DNA of 64,000 nucleotides from Smithellaceae bacterium (GTDB lineage Bacteria; Desulfobacterota; Syntrophia; Syntrophales; Smithellaceae), in assembly GCA_963667845.2 (NCBI GenBank), contig CAXXVL010000002.1:896001-960000 (forward strand), written 5' to 3'. Within the stretch, counting starts at the first letter, position 1; each line of letters starts with the position of its first letter. The notes below the pieces were generated by a model, which saw only the letters and a program-made list of their open reading frames with translations, ran no database searches and was not told where the DNA came from. Shown here piece by piece: positions 31,102 through 41,427 of this stretch. The translations under genes and the position numbers were made by a program.

Positions 31102-32097
31102 CTATTTCAGCCATTTTTCTTTCTTGTACCAGTCGATGGTTTCATTCATCCCCGTTTCGAGATTGTATTCGGACTTGAATTTCAGATCGGACCAAAGGGG
31201 GACAATATCGCACCGCCAGTTGCAGGCCGATAGTTCGTTTACTTTTTCCACATTCAGAGCGACGACTTTATTCGACATGTGGCAGACCAGTTCCGTCAAA
31301 GCGGCCAATATTTTCGTAAGCCAGATGGGGAGGGCGATGTAAATCACTTTCTTGCTGAGCCGGTGTGACACAACTTGTCCCAAATCGCGGCTGCTGTACA
31401 GGTTGCCGTCGGTCGCAAAATAAGCTTTGTTAGTGCACGAAGATTCGACAGCGTCAAAAACCAGGCGGGCCAGATCTTTCACGTAAATAAAGGTGAGACA
31501 CTGGTTTCTTACCGCGATCTGCAAATTGATCCCCCGGTTAATAAGCTTAATGGTTTCGAAAATATCTTTTTCACCGGGTCCGTAAACCGCGGTAGGACGG
31601 ATAATGATATACGGCATGTGAGGTTGCTCAATAAGAAGCTTCTCCGCCGCCAGTTTACTTTCGCCGTAGGTCGTCACAGGTCTTGGCGTTGATGTTAAAA
31701 GGATCGGTCGTTCGCTTTCTTTATCGCCCGGGCCAAAGGCAGCCAGGCTGCTCATCAATAGGAATTTATCCGGAACCTTACCTTGTCGCACCAGAGCGCA
31801 TATTAATCTGCCCGTGTTCCCGTGGTTTACCTCGAAATAGGTGTCTTTGTTGAGTGATTTCGTAACTCCGGCGTTATGAATAACATAGTCGAAGCGAGGC
31901 AAGGCGGACACGGTGGGATTCAGACGATTGACATCTGAAAAATCGAATTCAACGATTTTTATGTTCTTGGTTTTCAGATGTTCTAAATTACTGGTTTGGC
32001 GGACGGCCGCGTATATTTCGTACCCGCGTTTTTGGGCCTCATCGACAAGAAAATTGCCTATAAAACCGCTGGCACCGGTAATTAAAACCTTTTTCAT
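31102..32097 (-). CDS. Extended SDR / NAD(P)-dependent epimerase-reductase
   Basis: ITGASGFIG, HNAG, SSLAA, YGESK, RPTAVYGPG, IYVKDLA. Confidence 0.92.
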   Translation of the reverse strand: MKKVLITGASGFIGNFLVDEAQKRGYEIYAAVRQTSNLEHLKTKNIKIVEFDFSDVNRLNPTVSALPRFDYVIHNAGVTKSLNKDTYFEVNHGNTGRLICALVRQGKVPDKFLLMSSLAAFGPGDKESERPILLTSTPRPVTTYGESKLAAEKLLIEQPHMPYIIIRPTAVYGPGEKDIFETIKLINRGINLQIAVRNQCLTFIYVKDLARLVFDAVESSCTNKAYFATDGNLYSSRDLGQVVSHRLSKKVIYIALPIWLTKILAALTELVCHMSNKVVALNVEKVNELSACNWRCDIVPLWSDLKFKSEYNLETGMNETIDWYKKEKWLK

Positions 32098-32423
32098 TTT
32101 ATTGATAAATATCCTTTTCGCGAGTGTACTGACTATAGGAAGCAGTATCCTGCATGTCAAGAACATTATACAGTTCCGGACAGTTCCCATGATTCATTAC
32201 GGGCCATGCGGCCCCGACCGGCTCCGATTGCCACAGAAGTGCGCATGAGCCTCGCCAATGAACGGAATGCCGCTTCTCGCGACTCCTTTAAGCCCAGTGC
32301 CTGATGCCGTCCATTCTCGGCCGCATAAATTTGATTAAATCTGATTGACAGGCCTACCCATCTTCTCTATATATCGCCTGTAAAAAATGGTGTTCTCTAA
32401 AAATATTCAAGTTAAAGGTCCAG

Positions 32424-33113
32424 ATGATTCAAGTACAAAAAGTGAGCAAGGCCTACCTCCAGGGAAAAAGGGAAATCCATGCGCTTTCCGATGTATCTTT
32501 CCGCATTAAAAAAGGTGAGTTTCTTTCTATCATGGGCGCTTCCGGTTCCGGAAAGAGCACCCTGTTGAACCTTATCGGCGGACTCGATCAGCCGACCGCC
32601 GGCAAAATCTTTATTGACGGCAGCCCGTTGCACGGCATCTCTGACGATGACCTCACGCTGATCCGCCGGAAAAAAGTCGGTTTTGTTTTCCAGTTCTTTA
32701 ATCTGCTCCCGATCCTGACCGCAGCGGAAAATGTCGGTCTCCCGCTTCTTTTGGACGGTATTCCGTTTTCGCAGATTGAGGATAAAGTCATCCATTTGTT
32801 GGAAAGCGTCGGCCTCGGATCACGAACCAAACACCGTCCGGAGCAACTCTCCGGGGGTGAAATGCAGCGCGTCGCCATTGCCCGTGCGCTGATTACGGAC
32901 CCGGCCGTCCTGCTGGCCGATGAGCCGACTGGAAATCTGGATTCGCATATCAGCGAAGAAATTCTCGGGCTCCTCAAAAATTTCAACCGGGCGGGACAGA
33001 CCATCGTGATGGTCACTCACGATGCCCGGGCGGCCTCCTTCGGTACACGCCTTATCCGGCTCAAGGACGGCGGCATCATGGAAGACATCGCCATCTCCGG
33101 ATGCACGTCATGA
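32424..33113 (+). CDS. ABC transporter ATP-binding protein (LolD/MacB-like)
   Basis: GASGSGKS, FVFQFFNL, LSGGEMQRVAIARAL, LADEPTGNLD. Confidence 0.95.
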   Translation: MIQVQKVSKAYLQGKREIHALSDVSFRIKKGEFLSIMGASGSGKSTLLNLIGGLDQPTAGKIFIDGSPLHGISDDDLTLIRRKKVGFVFQFFNLLPILTAAENVGLPLLLDGIPFSQIEDKVIHLLESVGLGSRTKHRPEQLSGGEMQRVAIARALITDPAVLLADEPTGNLDSHISEEILGLLKNFNRAGQTIVMVTHDARAASFGTRLIRLKDGGIMEDIAISGCTS

Positions 33114-35698
33114 ACCTCTGGAACCTGCTTCGCTATATCAGCCTCAAACATCTCCGGCTCCGCAAGGGCCAGACCTTGATGGCCATGGCCGGTATCTGTC
33201 TGGGTGTCACCGCAATCGTTTCCATCGGGGTGGTCAACCGGAGTGTTCTCTTTTCCCTCACGGATTCTTTCAACCGGGTCACCGGCAAAGCCGAGCTGCA
33301 GGTCATCGGCGCACAGTCCGGTTTTCCCGAATCGCTGGTCGAAAAAGTCCAGGGCGTGCCGGGAGTTGAATACGCCGTGCCGGTGATCGAAGCCGATGGC
33401 ATGCTCGCCGCAGGCAAAGAACGATCGCTCATGATCCTGGGCGTGGATGTACTGGTGGACGCGCAGGTGAGAGACTATAGTCTGACCGGCGAAAGTGCCG
33501 ATATTCCCGATCCTCTCCTGTTTCTTGCGAGGCCCGACTCCATTCTGGTTACCAAGACGGTGGCCGACCGGGAAGGGTTTAAGCTCGAGCAGAAGATTCA
33601 GGTGCGGACGGTTGCGGGAATCCGGACTTTTAAAATACGGGGCATCCTCAACCCCGAAGGTCCCGCCAAGGCAATGGGGGGCAATCTGGCGATCATGGAC
33701 ATCTATGCCGCGCAAATGGCGTTCGGTAAGGACGGCCGGATCGATCGCATTGATGTGAGCCTCCGTCCGGGGACGGATTTGGAAACCGTCCGGAAGGCCA
33801 TTACCGACGCACTTCCTGCGGGCTATGTCGTAGACACGCCGGCCGGCCGGTCACGGCAGGTCGCGGATATGATCTCCAGATTTCAAAGCAGTCTCGATCT
33901 CCTCAGTTACCTGGCGATCTTTGTCGGAATGTATCTTATCTACAATTCGGTCTCGATCTCCGTGGTCCTTCGCCGCAGGGAAATCGGAATTCTGCGGGCT
34001 CTCGGAGCCAGAAGAAGCGAGATCATCCTGCTGTTTCTGGGTGAGACGCTGGTGATCGCGCTTGCGGCATCGGCGCTGGGTGTTGCCTGCGGCCTACTGC
34101 TTGCCAATTCGCTGGTGGGAACATTCAGCAGCATCGTTTCGACGCTTTACGTAAGGAGTTCTGCGGCGGAACTTCATATCACCTGGTTTTATCCCGCGGT
34201 CGGATTTGTGAGCGGCATTCTCGCCAGTCTCCTGGCAGCCCTGTTTCCAGCCAGATCCAGCAGCCTTGTTGTGCCGGCTTCTGCTATTCGCTCCGCTCCC
34301 TACGCCGAAGAGACTTTCTTCACCGCCAGGCGTCTGAATTATCTGGGCGCCTTGTGCATGCTGCTCTCGGTGCCGATCTTTGCTGTTTATGAACTGGCCG
34401 GTGATTCCCCGCTCACCAAGCACCACACGCTGCTTATTGCGGCCCAGCTTATGTTTGCCATCGGAATTTCTCTTTTCACACCGACATTTCTCAGAGGGTT
34501 CGTCACCATCTTCAATCGTTATTTTTCAATTTTTTTTGGCGCAGCGGGAAGGCTGGCGGGCCTCAACCTCAGGAAAAATCTGACGCGCAATGCAGTGGCT
34601 GTTGCAGCTGTTTTTTTCGGCATCGCGGTGTTTGTCGCGAGCTCGGGCTATGTATACAGCGTTAGGGAATCCGTTCTGGGATGGCTCGATTCCATGATCA
34701 GAGCCGATATCATTATATCGTCGGAACACCCCAGCGCCAGCGCCAATGCCCAGGGCATTCCGATACCGGTTGATTTGTCCCGTGAACTGAAACAGATTCC
34801 AGGCGTCCGTTCTCTGGAACCCTGGCGCAGGGCGTTCATCAACTATCAGGGCAGGAAGGTGCTCCTTTCGGCATCGAATCTGGCCCTGTATCCGGAACGG
34901 AATCCGTCCGGCAAACCGCCGCGCGCAGGCGCAAGTCCGGCACCCTCTTCACCGGACGTAAATCAAGTAGCGGTGAATGAAACATTTGCTGCGATCTTCA
35001 AGGTCAAAAAAGGGGACATCCTCAATCTCCCGACGCCGACGGGCTCCGTGGCTTTTCATGTGGGAAAAGTCATGGTAGATTACACCAGCGACAGTGGAGT
35101 GATCGGCATGGACATCCGGACCTATCAGCACCACTGGGGGGACAGGCTCTGTAATGCATTTTTTGTGAATGTTCAGCCCGGTGTAAAGATACAGGATGTG
35201 CGAAATGAAATTCAGCGCCGTCTGGGAGCCGATCGCAAGCTCTATATTGTCTCCGCGCTGGAATTCAAGAACGAGATACGAAAAGTGCTGGACGATACAT
35301 TCTTTTTCAACTATGCACTGAACGTCATTACACTCGTGATCGCCTGCCTGGGAATCATTGTAGCGTTACTGGCCTCCGTGATGGAAAGAACGCGAGAAAT
35401 TGGCGTTCTGCGCGCCATTGGCATGCTGAGAAGGCAGATCTCCGGAGTTGTGGTGCTGGAATCCGCGCTGATGGGACTGGCCGGCGGTATTCTCGGTTCA
35501 GTGGCCGGTGTTTTGGCCGGCTGGATCAATCTGGAAGGATTTTTTGTTACGAACTGGGGTTCCGCCAGATATTACATGCCGTTTACGTCCATTCTCTGGG
35601 CGCTGGCTCTGTCGGCGGGACTGGCCGCACTGGCTGGAATCATTCCCGCGCGCAAAGCCGCAAAAACAAACATTGTGGAGGCCCTGACTTATGACTAA
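33101..35698 (+). CDS. ABC permease with two FtsX/MacB-type halves
   Basis: Two RxxEIGxLRAxG motifs (RRREIGILRALG, RTREIGVLRAIG), large periplasmic loops, C-terminal PARKAA...EAL. Confidence 0.92.
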   Translation: MHVMNLWNLLRYISLKHLRLRKGQTLMAMAGICLGVTAIVSIGVVNRSVLFSLTDSFNRVTGKAELQVIGAQSGFPESLVEKVQGVPGVEYAVPVIEADGMLAAGKERSLMILGVDVLVDAQVRDYSLTGESADIPDPLLFLARPDSILVTKTVADREGFKLEQKIQVRTVAGIRTFKIRGILNPEGPAKAMGGNLAIMDIYAAQMAFGKDGRIDRIDVSLRPGTDLETVRKAITDALPAGYVVDTPAGRSRQVADMISRFQSSLDLLSYLAIFVGMYLIYNSVSISVVLRRREIGILRALGARRSEIILLFLGETLVIALAASALGVACGLLLANSLVGTFSSIVSTLYVRSSAAELHITWFYPAVGFVSGILASLLAALFPARSSSLVVPASAIRSAPYAEETFFTARRLNYLGALCMLLSVPIFAVYELAGDSPLTKHHTLLIAAQLMFAIGISLFTPTFLRGFVTIFNRYFSIFFGAAGRLAGLNLRKNLTRNAVAVAAVFFGIAVFVASSGYVYSVRESVLGWLDSMIRADIIISSEHPSASANAQGIPIPVDLSRELKQIPGVRSLEPWRRAFINYQGRKVLLSASNLALYPERNPSGKPPRAGASPAPSSPDVNQVAVNETFAAIFKVKKGDILNLPTPTGSVAFHVGKVMVDYTSDSGVIGMDIRTYQHHWGDRLCNAFFVNVQPGVKIQDVRNEIQRRLGADRKLYIVSALEFKNEIRKVLDDTFFFNYALNVITLVIACLGIIVALLASVMERTREIGVLRAIGMLRRQISGVVVLESALMGLAGGILGSVAGVLAGWINLEGFFVTNWGSARYYMPFTSILWALALSAGLAALAGIIPARKAAKTNIVEALTYD

Positions 35699-36467
35699 AC
35701 CGCGGACGATCTTCCTGCTCTTTAGCGTGCTCATTCTTATTTCGACTTCCGCATACGCGATGAACGGACGGGAGATATACGAAAAGGTGCACGAGTTGCG
35801 CACCCGGATGCTGGACCAGAAGACGGAAGCCACCATGATTCTTTTTGACCGGGACGGAGGCAAGCGTACACGGACCCTGACGGAATACGGTAAAAATTCC
35901 GCTCCTGAAGCTTACAAAGTCCTCGTGGTCTTCAACTCGCCTTCGGATCTGAAGGGTGTCGGATTTCTGATTCATGCTCGAACGTTTGCCCAAAGGGATC
36001 TCTGGGCCTACTTTCCGGAATACAAACGCGTACGGCGCATTCCCGCGACCTCACAGGATGACTCGTTCTTCGGATCTGACTTTTCGTACGATGACTTCAG
36101 CGGGCCGCCGAACCTGAACGACTATTCTTTTAAAGTGCTTCGAGAGGAAAGCATTGACGGCAAGCCCTGCTACGTCGTTGAGGTGACTCCGAAAATTCCC
36201 CGCAAATATTCGCGATACGTTGCCTGGGTCGCCAAGAACCTCTGGGTCACCGTCAAAATAGAGTTTTACAGGGAAAAGGAGTTGTATCGCGCCGGAAGCT
36301 TCAGCGATATCCGACTGATTGACGGGCTTCCCACGCCCTTCCATCTGGAGATGGAGAACATCAAGACAAAGCACAAAACCGTATTGACAGTTAACAGCAT
36401 CGCTTACCGGACGAGTTTTCCCAATGAACTCTTTACGCAACGGGCATTGGAGCGCGGCGGACGGTAG
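35691..36467 (+). CDS. LolA-like outer-membrane lipoprotein-sorting protein
   Basis: Signal peptide, FNSPSDLKGVGFL, WAYFP..KRVRRI, SFFGSDFSYDD, FTQRALER. Confidence 0.85.
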   Translation: MTKPRTIFLLFSVLILISTSAYAMNGREIYEKVHELRTRMLDQKTEATMILFDRDGGKRTRTLTEYGKNSAPEAYKVLVVFNSPSDLKGVGFLIHARTFAQRDLWAYFPEYKRVRRIPATSQDDSFFGSDFSYDDFSGPPNLNDYSFKVLREESIDGKPCYVVEVTPKIPRKYSRYVAWVAKNLWVTVKIEFYREKELYRAGSFSDIRLIDGLPTPFHLEMENIKTKHKTVLTVNSIAYRTSFPNELFTQRALERGGR

Positions 36468-36520
36468 CCGGAGGATGTTGCGCCGAGAATGCATAATTTT
36501 GCGGATTCCATAGAGGAGGG

Positions 36521-37891
36521 GTGCAGATGATAAAGAAAATATGGATAGCAGCTGTTCTTCTGTTTCTTTTAACGCCCGCCGGTTACGCGGAAGACTTTAT
36601 CACTGCTTCAGGCCGGCTGAACCTGCGGGGAGTCTTACCGCTGGATAGCAACAGTGCGACCGAATACCCGAGTCTCCTGGGACGTCTAAATGTCGACACA
36701 AAGCCCTCCGCTCTGCGTTTCCACATGAATCTGGAAGGTGGATGGGATGGGGCTGTTGACCGGCCGGTACAGGATCATACGCTTCTCCGCATGGGAGATC
36801 GAGTCTATCAGAGCAACACCCCTTTTCTGGAATTTAAAGAACTCTACGGATCCTATTCAACGAATTTTCTGGAGATTCGCGCCGGCGTCCAGCGTTACTC
36901 GTGGGGTCGACTTGATGAATATCCGGTCAACGATCTACTGAATCCCTGGGACAACACCCAGTTCATCAGAAAGCCCCTGGAAGAGCGTAAGATCGGTGTT
37001 CCCTCTCTGTCGGCCCGGATGACCCGCGAGAAGTGGAACCTGGAAATGGTCTGGGTGCCCGTGCTCGTTCCTTACCGCCTTCCCCGTCTGACTGAGCGCT
37101 GGGCGGGTAATTCCCAAATTACATCGCTCGCCAAGGACTTTCATGCGGAAATTATCACGCGGGATCCTGATCTGCCCTCCCGCACTCTGGAGAGTGGCGC
37201 CGGAGGTATACGCATTCAAAGAACGGGCACGGTGGATTGGGGCGTCACCCTGTTTCACGGTTATGATCCGCGCCCCGTTTTCAGGGCTGCGGAATTGATG
37301 ATTGCAAACGTCAACGGCCAGATAGTCGTTGACCCGGGTATCGTGCCCGACTTTCATAAAATGTCGTCCGTTGGTGGAGATGCAGCGGTTGTCCTCGGCA
37401 ATTGGAGCCTGCGCGCCGAAGCAGCCTATGCGGTAGGCCGTTATTTCAATACCACTTTCGAGCAGTGGGGATATCCGACGGTTCCTGCCTTCGGCACTTT
37501 TGTGCTGAACCCCAATGAGCACAAGAGCGATACCCTTGAATACGGAATCGGAGCCGACTACCGGTTATTCGAAGACTGCGTGCTGACGATGCAGGCTCAA
37601 CAGACCTTGCTGATGGACAGACCGGACACTTTGTACAATCGGCAATTCGAAACAATCGTTTGGTTCAATCTGAAAAACGGCTTCGTGAATCAGAAAGTCG
37701 AAACGAACCTGAATTTCGCCTATAATCCGGAACATGGTGATGCCATGGCTAAAGCAAATGTCTGGTATATATTTACGGATTCGTGGAAGATAGGCGCAAC
37801 CGCGGTGACCTTCCGGGGGCCGTCCCAGTCGCTTTTCGGGAGGTATTCAAAGAATGATCAGCTGGAATTTGATCTCGTCTTTTCCTGGTGA
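36521..37891 (+). CDS. Probable outer-membrane beta-barrel protein (DUF1302-like)
   Basis: Signal peptide, ELY...RAGVQRYSWGRLD...DLLNP, alternating beta pattern, aromatic C-terminus LEFDLVFSW. Confidence 0.75.
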   Translation: MQMIKKIWIAAVLLFLLTPAGYAEDFITASGRLNLRGVLPLDSNSATEYPSLLGRLNVDTKPSALRFHMNLEGGWDGAVDRPVQDHTLLRMGDRVYQSNTPFLEFKELYGSYSTNFLEIRAGVQRYSWGRLDEYPVNDLLNPWDNTQFIRKPLEERKIGVPSLSARMTREKWNLEMVWVPVLVPYRLPRLTERWAGNSQITSLAKDFHAEIITRDPDLPSRTLESGAGGIRIQRTGTVDWGVTLFHGYDPRPVFRAAELMIANVNGQIVVDPGIVPDFHKMSSVGGDAAVVLGNWSLRAEAAYAVGRYFNTTFEQWGYPTVPAFGTFVLNPNEHKSDTLEYGIGADYRLFEDCVLTMQAQQTLLMDRPDTLYNRQFETIVWFNLKNGFVNQKVETNLNFAYNPEHGDAMAKANVWYIFTDSWKIGATAVTFRGPSQSLFGRYSKNDQLEFDLVFSW

Positions 37892-38092
37892 GGAGCGTGC
37901 CATTTTACGATGTCCATCAGGCGGATGAAATTTTTCGAGCTCAAAGAGTCGCTGATCCGGTTAGCTTACCCGGTGAAGTCTGTCTCGGAGAGCTTTCTTT
38001 TTCCCGGAGGGCGTGTTATTTATCCGGCGATCAAGTCTGCCGTTGCGCGATGATCAGGTATTTTACACAATAAAGTTGATAGGTTTTCTTGC

Positions 38093-39337
38093 ATGAAGTT
38101 TACGGGTCATACACACCAGGAGTTTATCGAATTTCAAGGCGCTGATCTCTTTGATATCAAAAATTATTTCTGGGAATTCTTTCAAGACGGTATTCGCCGG
38201 AAGCATTTTGTTTACTTAAATCCGCTGACGACTGCGCCGGTTTCGCAGGTGGATGCCTACGACCGTTACTCGGATGGCATCAGGCGGTACCTGAATTTTT
38301 CATCCTATAACTATCTCGGGTATTCCGTCTATCCCGAAGTCATCAAAGACGTCCAGGAAACGCTGGCCAAATACGGGACAGGCGCCGCCTCGGCGCCGCT
38401 GTTCAGCGGTTATTATGACATCACGAAGAAGCTGGAAGACAGAATCGCCGCCTTCAAGAAGAAGGAAGCGGCTCTTGTTTTTCCAACCGGTTACAGCGCG
38501 AATGTCGGGGTGCTTTCCTGCATCTTGAAACCCGGAGATGTTGCGGTTCTTGATATTCTGGCCCATGCCTCCATATACGATGGAGCAAGACTGGCCGGGG
38601 CGACCATTAAAGTCTTCAGCCATAACAGTCCGCGCCATCTGGAGCGGGTTTTGAAAGGTCTGAAAACCAAACGGGTGATGGTGTGCGTGGAAGGCGTCTA
38701 CAGCATGGACGGGGATCTGGCAAAACTGCCTCAGATCGTTGCGGTCTGCAAGAAATACGGTGCGAAAATATTGATCGATGAGGCGCACGCAACCCTCATT
38801 TTCGGAAAACACGGCCGCGGCGTCGCTGAGCACTTCGGTTTGGAAGATGACATCGACATCAGCATCGGGACTTTCAGCAAGGCATTTGGTGCCATCGGCG
38901 GCTTCGCGGTTGCCGATCACAAACTGATCAGCTTTATGCGGGTGTCTGCCCGGTCATATATCTTCTCCTGTGCCATGGCACCGCATACGGCTGCCGGCAT
39001 TCTAAAGATACTCGATATCTATTCGAAGGATAAGAGTCAGAGAGACAGACTCTGGGAGAATACAAAATATATGCACACGGTGCTCAGAGCCGCCGGTCTC
39101 GACATTGGCGCGACCCAGTCGCAGGTCGTGCCGGTATTCGTGGGCGAAGAGATGCGCCTCAGGGAAATCGGCAAACGGATTTACGAAAAAGGACTCTATA
39201 CCGGCATCGTGACCTATCCGGCGGTACCGACGAAACGCACCCGGTTGAGATTATCCGTATCCGCCTATCATACCAAAGAACAGATGGATGCCTGTGCGGC
39301 GATTTTGAAATCGGTCTTTGATGATGTTCCGGAATGA
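38093..39337 (+). CDS. PLP-dependent alpha-oxoamine synthase, serine palmitoyltransferase-like
   Basis: SYNYLG, TGYSAN, HASIYDG, EGVYSMDGD, DEAH, GTFSKAFG, YPAVP..RTRLR. Confidence 0.88.
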   Translation: MKFTGHTHQEFIEFQGADLFDIKNYFWEFFQDGIRRKHFVYLNPLTTAPVSQVDAYDRYSDGIRRYLNFSSYNYLGYSVYPEVIKDVQETLAKYGTGAASAPLFSGYYDITKKLEDRIAAFKKKEAALVFPTGYSANVGVLSCILKPGDVAVLDILAHASIYDGARLAGATIKVFSHNSPRHLERVLKGLKTKRVMVCVEGVYSMDGDLAKLPQIVAVCKKYGAKILIDEAHATLIFGKHGRGVAEHFGLEDDIDISIGTFSKAFGAIGGFAVADHKLISFMRVSARSYIFSCAMAPHTAAGILKILDIYSKDKSQRDRLWENTKYMHTVLRAAGLDIGATQSQVVPVFVGEEMRLREIGKRIYEKGLYTGIVTYPAVPTKRTRLRLSVSAYHTKEQMDACAAILKSVFDDVPE

Positions 39338-39482
39338 TCTTGAAATCGGTGTGATCAGATTATCGGCACGAAGACATTTCGCTCCCGACTTAAAGATGTT
39401 TGGTTTTTGCCTGTTCTAAATAAATTCAACCGGCCATAACGAAGAGGCCGGTGCTGCCATAAACCCTGCAAGGCGCCATCTG

Positions 39483-41420
39483 TCAGATTCGAATTTTAGG
39501 AGCGCACTGCTGTGCCCCGGTAAGCATTCTTTTTGCCGCTTGAAAAATGCCCTCTTCATCAAGACCATACAGGGAACGCAACTCGGCTTGCGTCGCATGT
39601 TCAACAAATTCATCCCCGATGCCCAATCGGAAGACGGTGATGCCGGTTACGCTGTTTCGGGCGAGCAATTCCAGCACAGCGCTGCCGAAGCCCCCGGCAA
39701 GCACATTTTCTTCGACGGTTAACATTTTCTTAACGGATGCCGCGGTCGTTAAAAGAAGTTCTTCGTCGAGCGGTTTGATAAACCGGGCATTGATGACTTT
39801 GACTCCGAACCCCTCTTCGGCCAGTCTCCTTGCTGCCATGAGGGCAGGATGAACAGTTACGCCGACGGCGACGATGGCCAGATCGGAACCCTCCGCAAGC
39901 ACCTCGCCTCGGCCGACGGGAAGCAGCGAAATCTCGCCATCAAGCACAACACCTACGCCTTTACCACGCGGATAACGGATAGAAACCGGCGCGCCGCAGC
40001 CGATGGCCGTTTTGAGCATGCGCCGAAGTTCGTTTTCGTCTTTAGGAGCCATCATGATCAGATGAGGCAAATTGCGCAAGTAGGAATAATCAAACAGCCC
40101 CTGATGGGTCGCTCCGTCCTCTCCAACGATGCCGGCCCGGTCGATAGCGAAAACGACAGGCAGTTTCTGCAGGCAGACATCGTGCAGAACCTGATCGTAG
40201 GCACGCTGTAAAAAAGTGGAATAAATCGCCACAACCGGCAGGATTCCCTCTATCGTCAGACCGGCGGCAAACGTGACGGCGAGTTGTTCTGCAATGCCGA
40301 CGTCATATAAACGCTCGGGGAATCGGCGACGAAATTTTTCCAGGCCGGTCCCCTCGCACATGGCGGCGGTTACGGCGACAATCCGGGGATCAGCCTCGGC
40401 CAGTTCGATGAGCGTTTGTCCGAAAATCTCCGTATAGGAGGGCGCTGCATTCGACGATGGAATCGTCATCCCGGTCTCGACATCAAAGGGCGCAATGCCG
40501 TGATAGGTGGGTGAATTTTCTTCTGCAAACTTGTAGCCGCGGCCTTTTTGCGTTACGACGTGCACCAACACCGGTCCCTTCATCTTTTTGACGTTTTCAA
40601 AATTCTTGATGAGGTAGTCCAGGCGATGCCCCTCCAATGGCCCAACGTAGGTGAATCCGAGTTCCTCAAACAGAGCGCCGGGAACGACAAACGTTTTAAC
40701 GGACTCCTCGATCTGCTTGGAGAACTTGAATATCTGTTCGCCGATATTCGGTATGCTCTTGAGGAAATTCTTCAGCTCGCCTTTGAATTTGGTGACCCGG
40801 TCGCCGGTCATGATTCTGTTGAGATAAGAGGAAAGAGCGCCGACATTCGGGGATATGGACATCTCATTGTCGTTTAATACAATGATGAGATTTCTGTCAC
40901 GGTCACCGGACCAATTTAATCCCTCAAACGCCATGCCTGTGGTCAGAGAAGCGTCGCCGATAACGGCAATCGTCTTGTAGGGCTCACCTTTCAGGTACTG
41001 TGCTTCGACGAAGGCAGCAGCAGCAGCAATGGACGTGCCGCTGTGCCCGACGCTAAATGTGTCATAAATGCTTTCTTCCCGCTTGGGGAAACCGCCCAGC
41101 CCGCCGCGTCGGCGCAACGTGCCGAATTTTTCCTTGCGGCCGGTCACGATTTTATGCGCGTAGGATTGATGGCCGACATCCCAGATGAGTTTGTCATCCG
41201 GTGTATCAAAGACATAGTGCAGCGCGATTGTTAATTCTACCGTACCCAGTGACGAGGCCAGATGTCCGCCCGTAGATGCGACCGTATTGATAATCAGGGT
41301 GCGAATTTCTCCGGCCAGGGTATTGAGCTCGGCGATGCTGAGCTTGCGCAGATCTGCGGGATAGTTGATATTCGGTAGAACGCTGTAATCGACGATTTCC
41401 AGGGGTTTCATTCGGTTCAA
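39483..41420 (-). CDS. dxs: 1-deoxy-D-xylulose-5-phosphate synthase
   Basis: GGHLASSLG, WDVGHQ, LNDNEMSI, DVGIAEQ, YSTFLQRAYDQ, RYPRG; start may be 41411. Confidence 0.98.
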   Translation of the reverse strand: MNRMKPLEIVDYSVLPNINYPADLRKLSIAELNTLAGEIRTLIINTVASTGGHLASSLGTVELTIALHYVFDTPDDKLIWDVGHQSYAHKIVTGRKEKFGTLRRRGGLGGFPKREESIYDTFSVGHSGTSIAAAAAFVEAQYLKGEPYKTIAVIGDASLTTGMAFEGLNWSGDRDRNLIIVLNDNEMSISPNVGALSSYLNRIMTGDRVTKFKGELKNFLKSIPNIGEQIFKFSKQIEESVKTFVVPGALFEELGFTYVGPLEGHRLDYLIKNFENVKKMKGPVLVHVVTQKGRGYKFAEENSPTYHGIAPFDVETGMTIPSSNAAPSYTEIFGQTLIELAEADPRIVAVTAAMCEGTGLEKFRRRFPERLYDVGIAEQLAVTFAAGLTIEGILPVVAIYSTFLQRAYDQVLHDVCLQKLPVVFAIDRAGIVGEDGATHQGLFDYSYLRNLPHLIMMAPKDENELRRMLKTAIGCGAPVSIRYPRGKGVGVVLDGEISLLPVGRGEVLAEGSDLAIVAVGVTVHPALMAARRLAEEGFGVKVINARFIKPLDEELLLTTAASVKKMLTVEENVLAGGFGSAVLELLARNSVTGITVFRLGIGDEFVEHATQAELRSLYGLDEEGIFQAAKRMLTGAQQCAPKIRI

Positions 41421-41427
41421 TAAACCT

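Noticed and set aside
37888..38073. Small ORF before the SPT-like gene as a possible acyl carrier protein
   Set aside because: No DSL phosphopantetheine motif or acidic ACP composition in the frames I translated.
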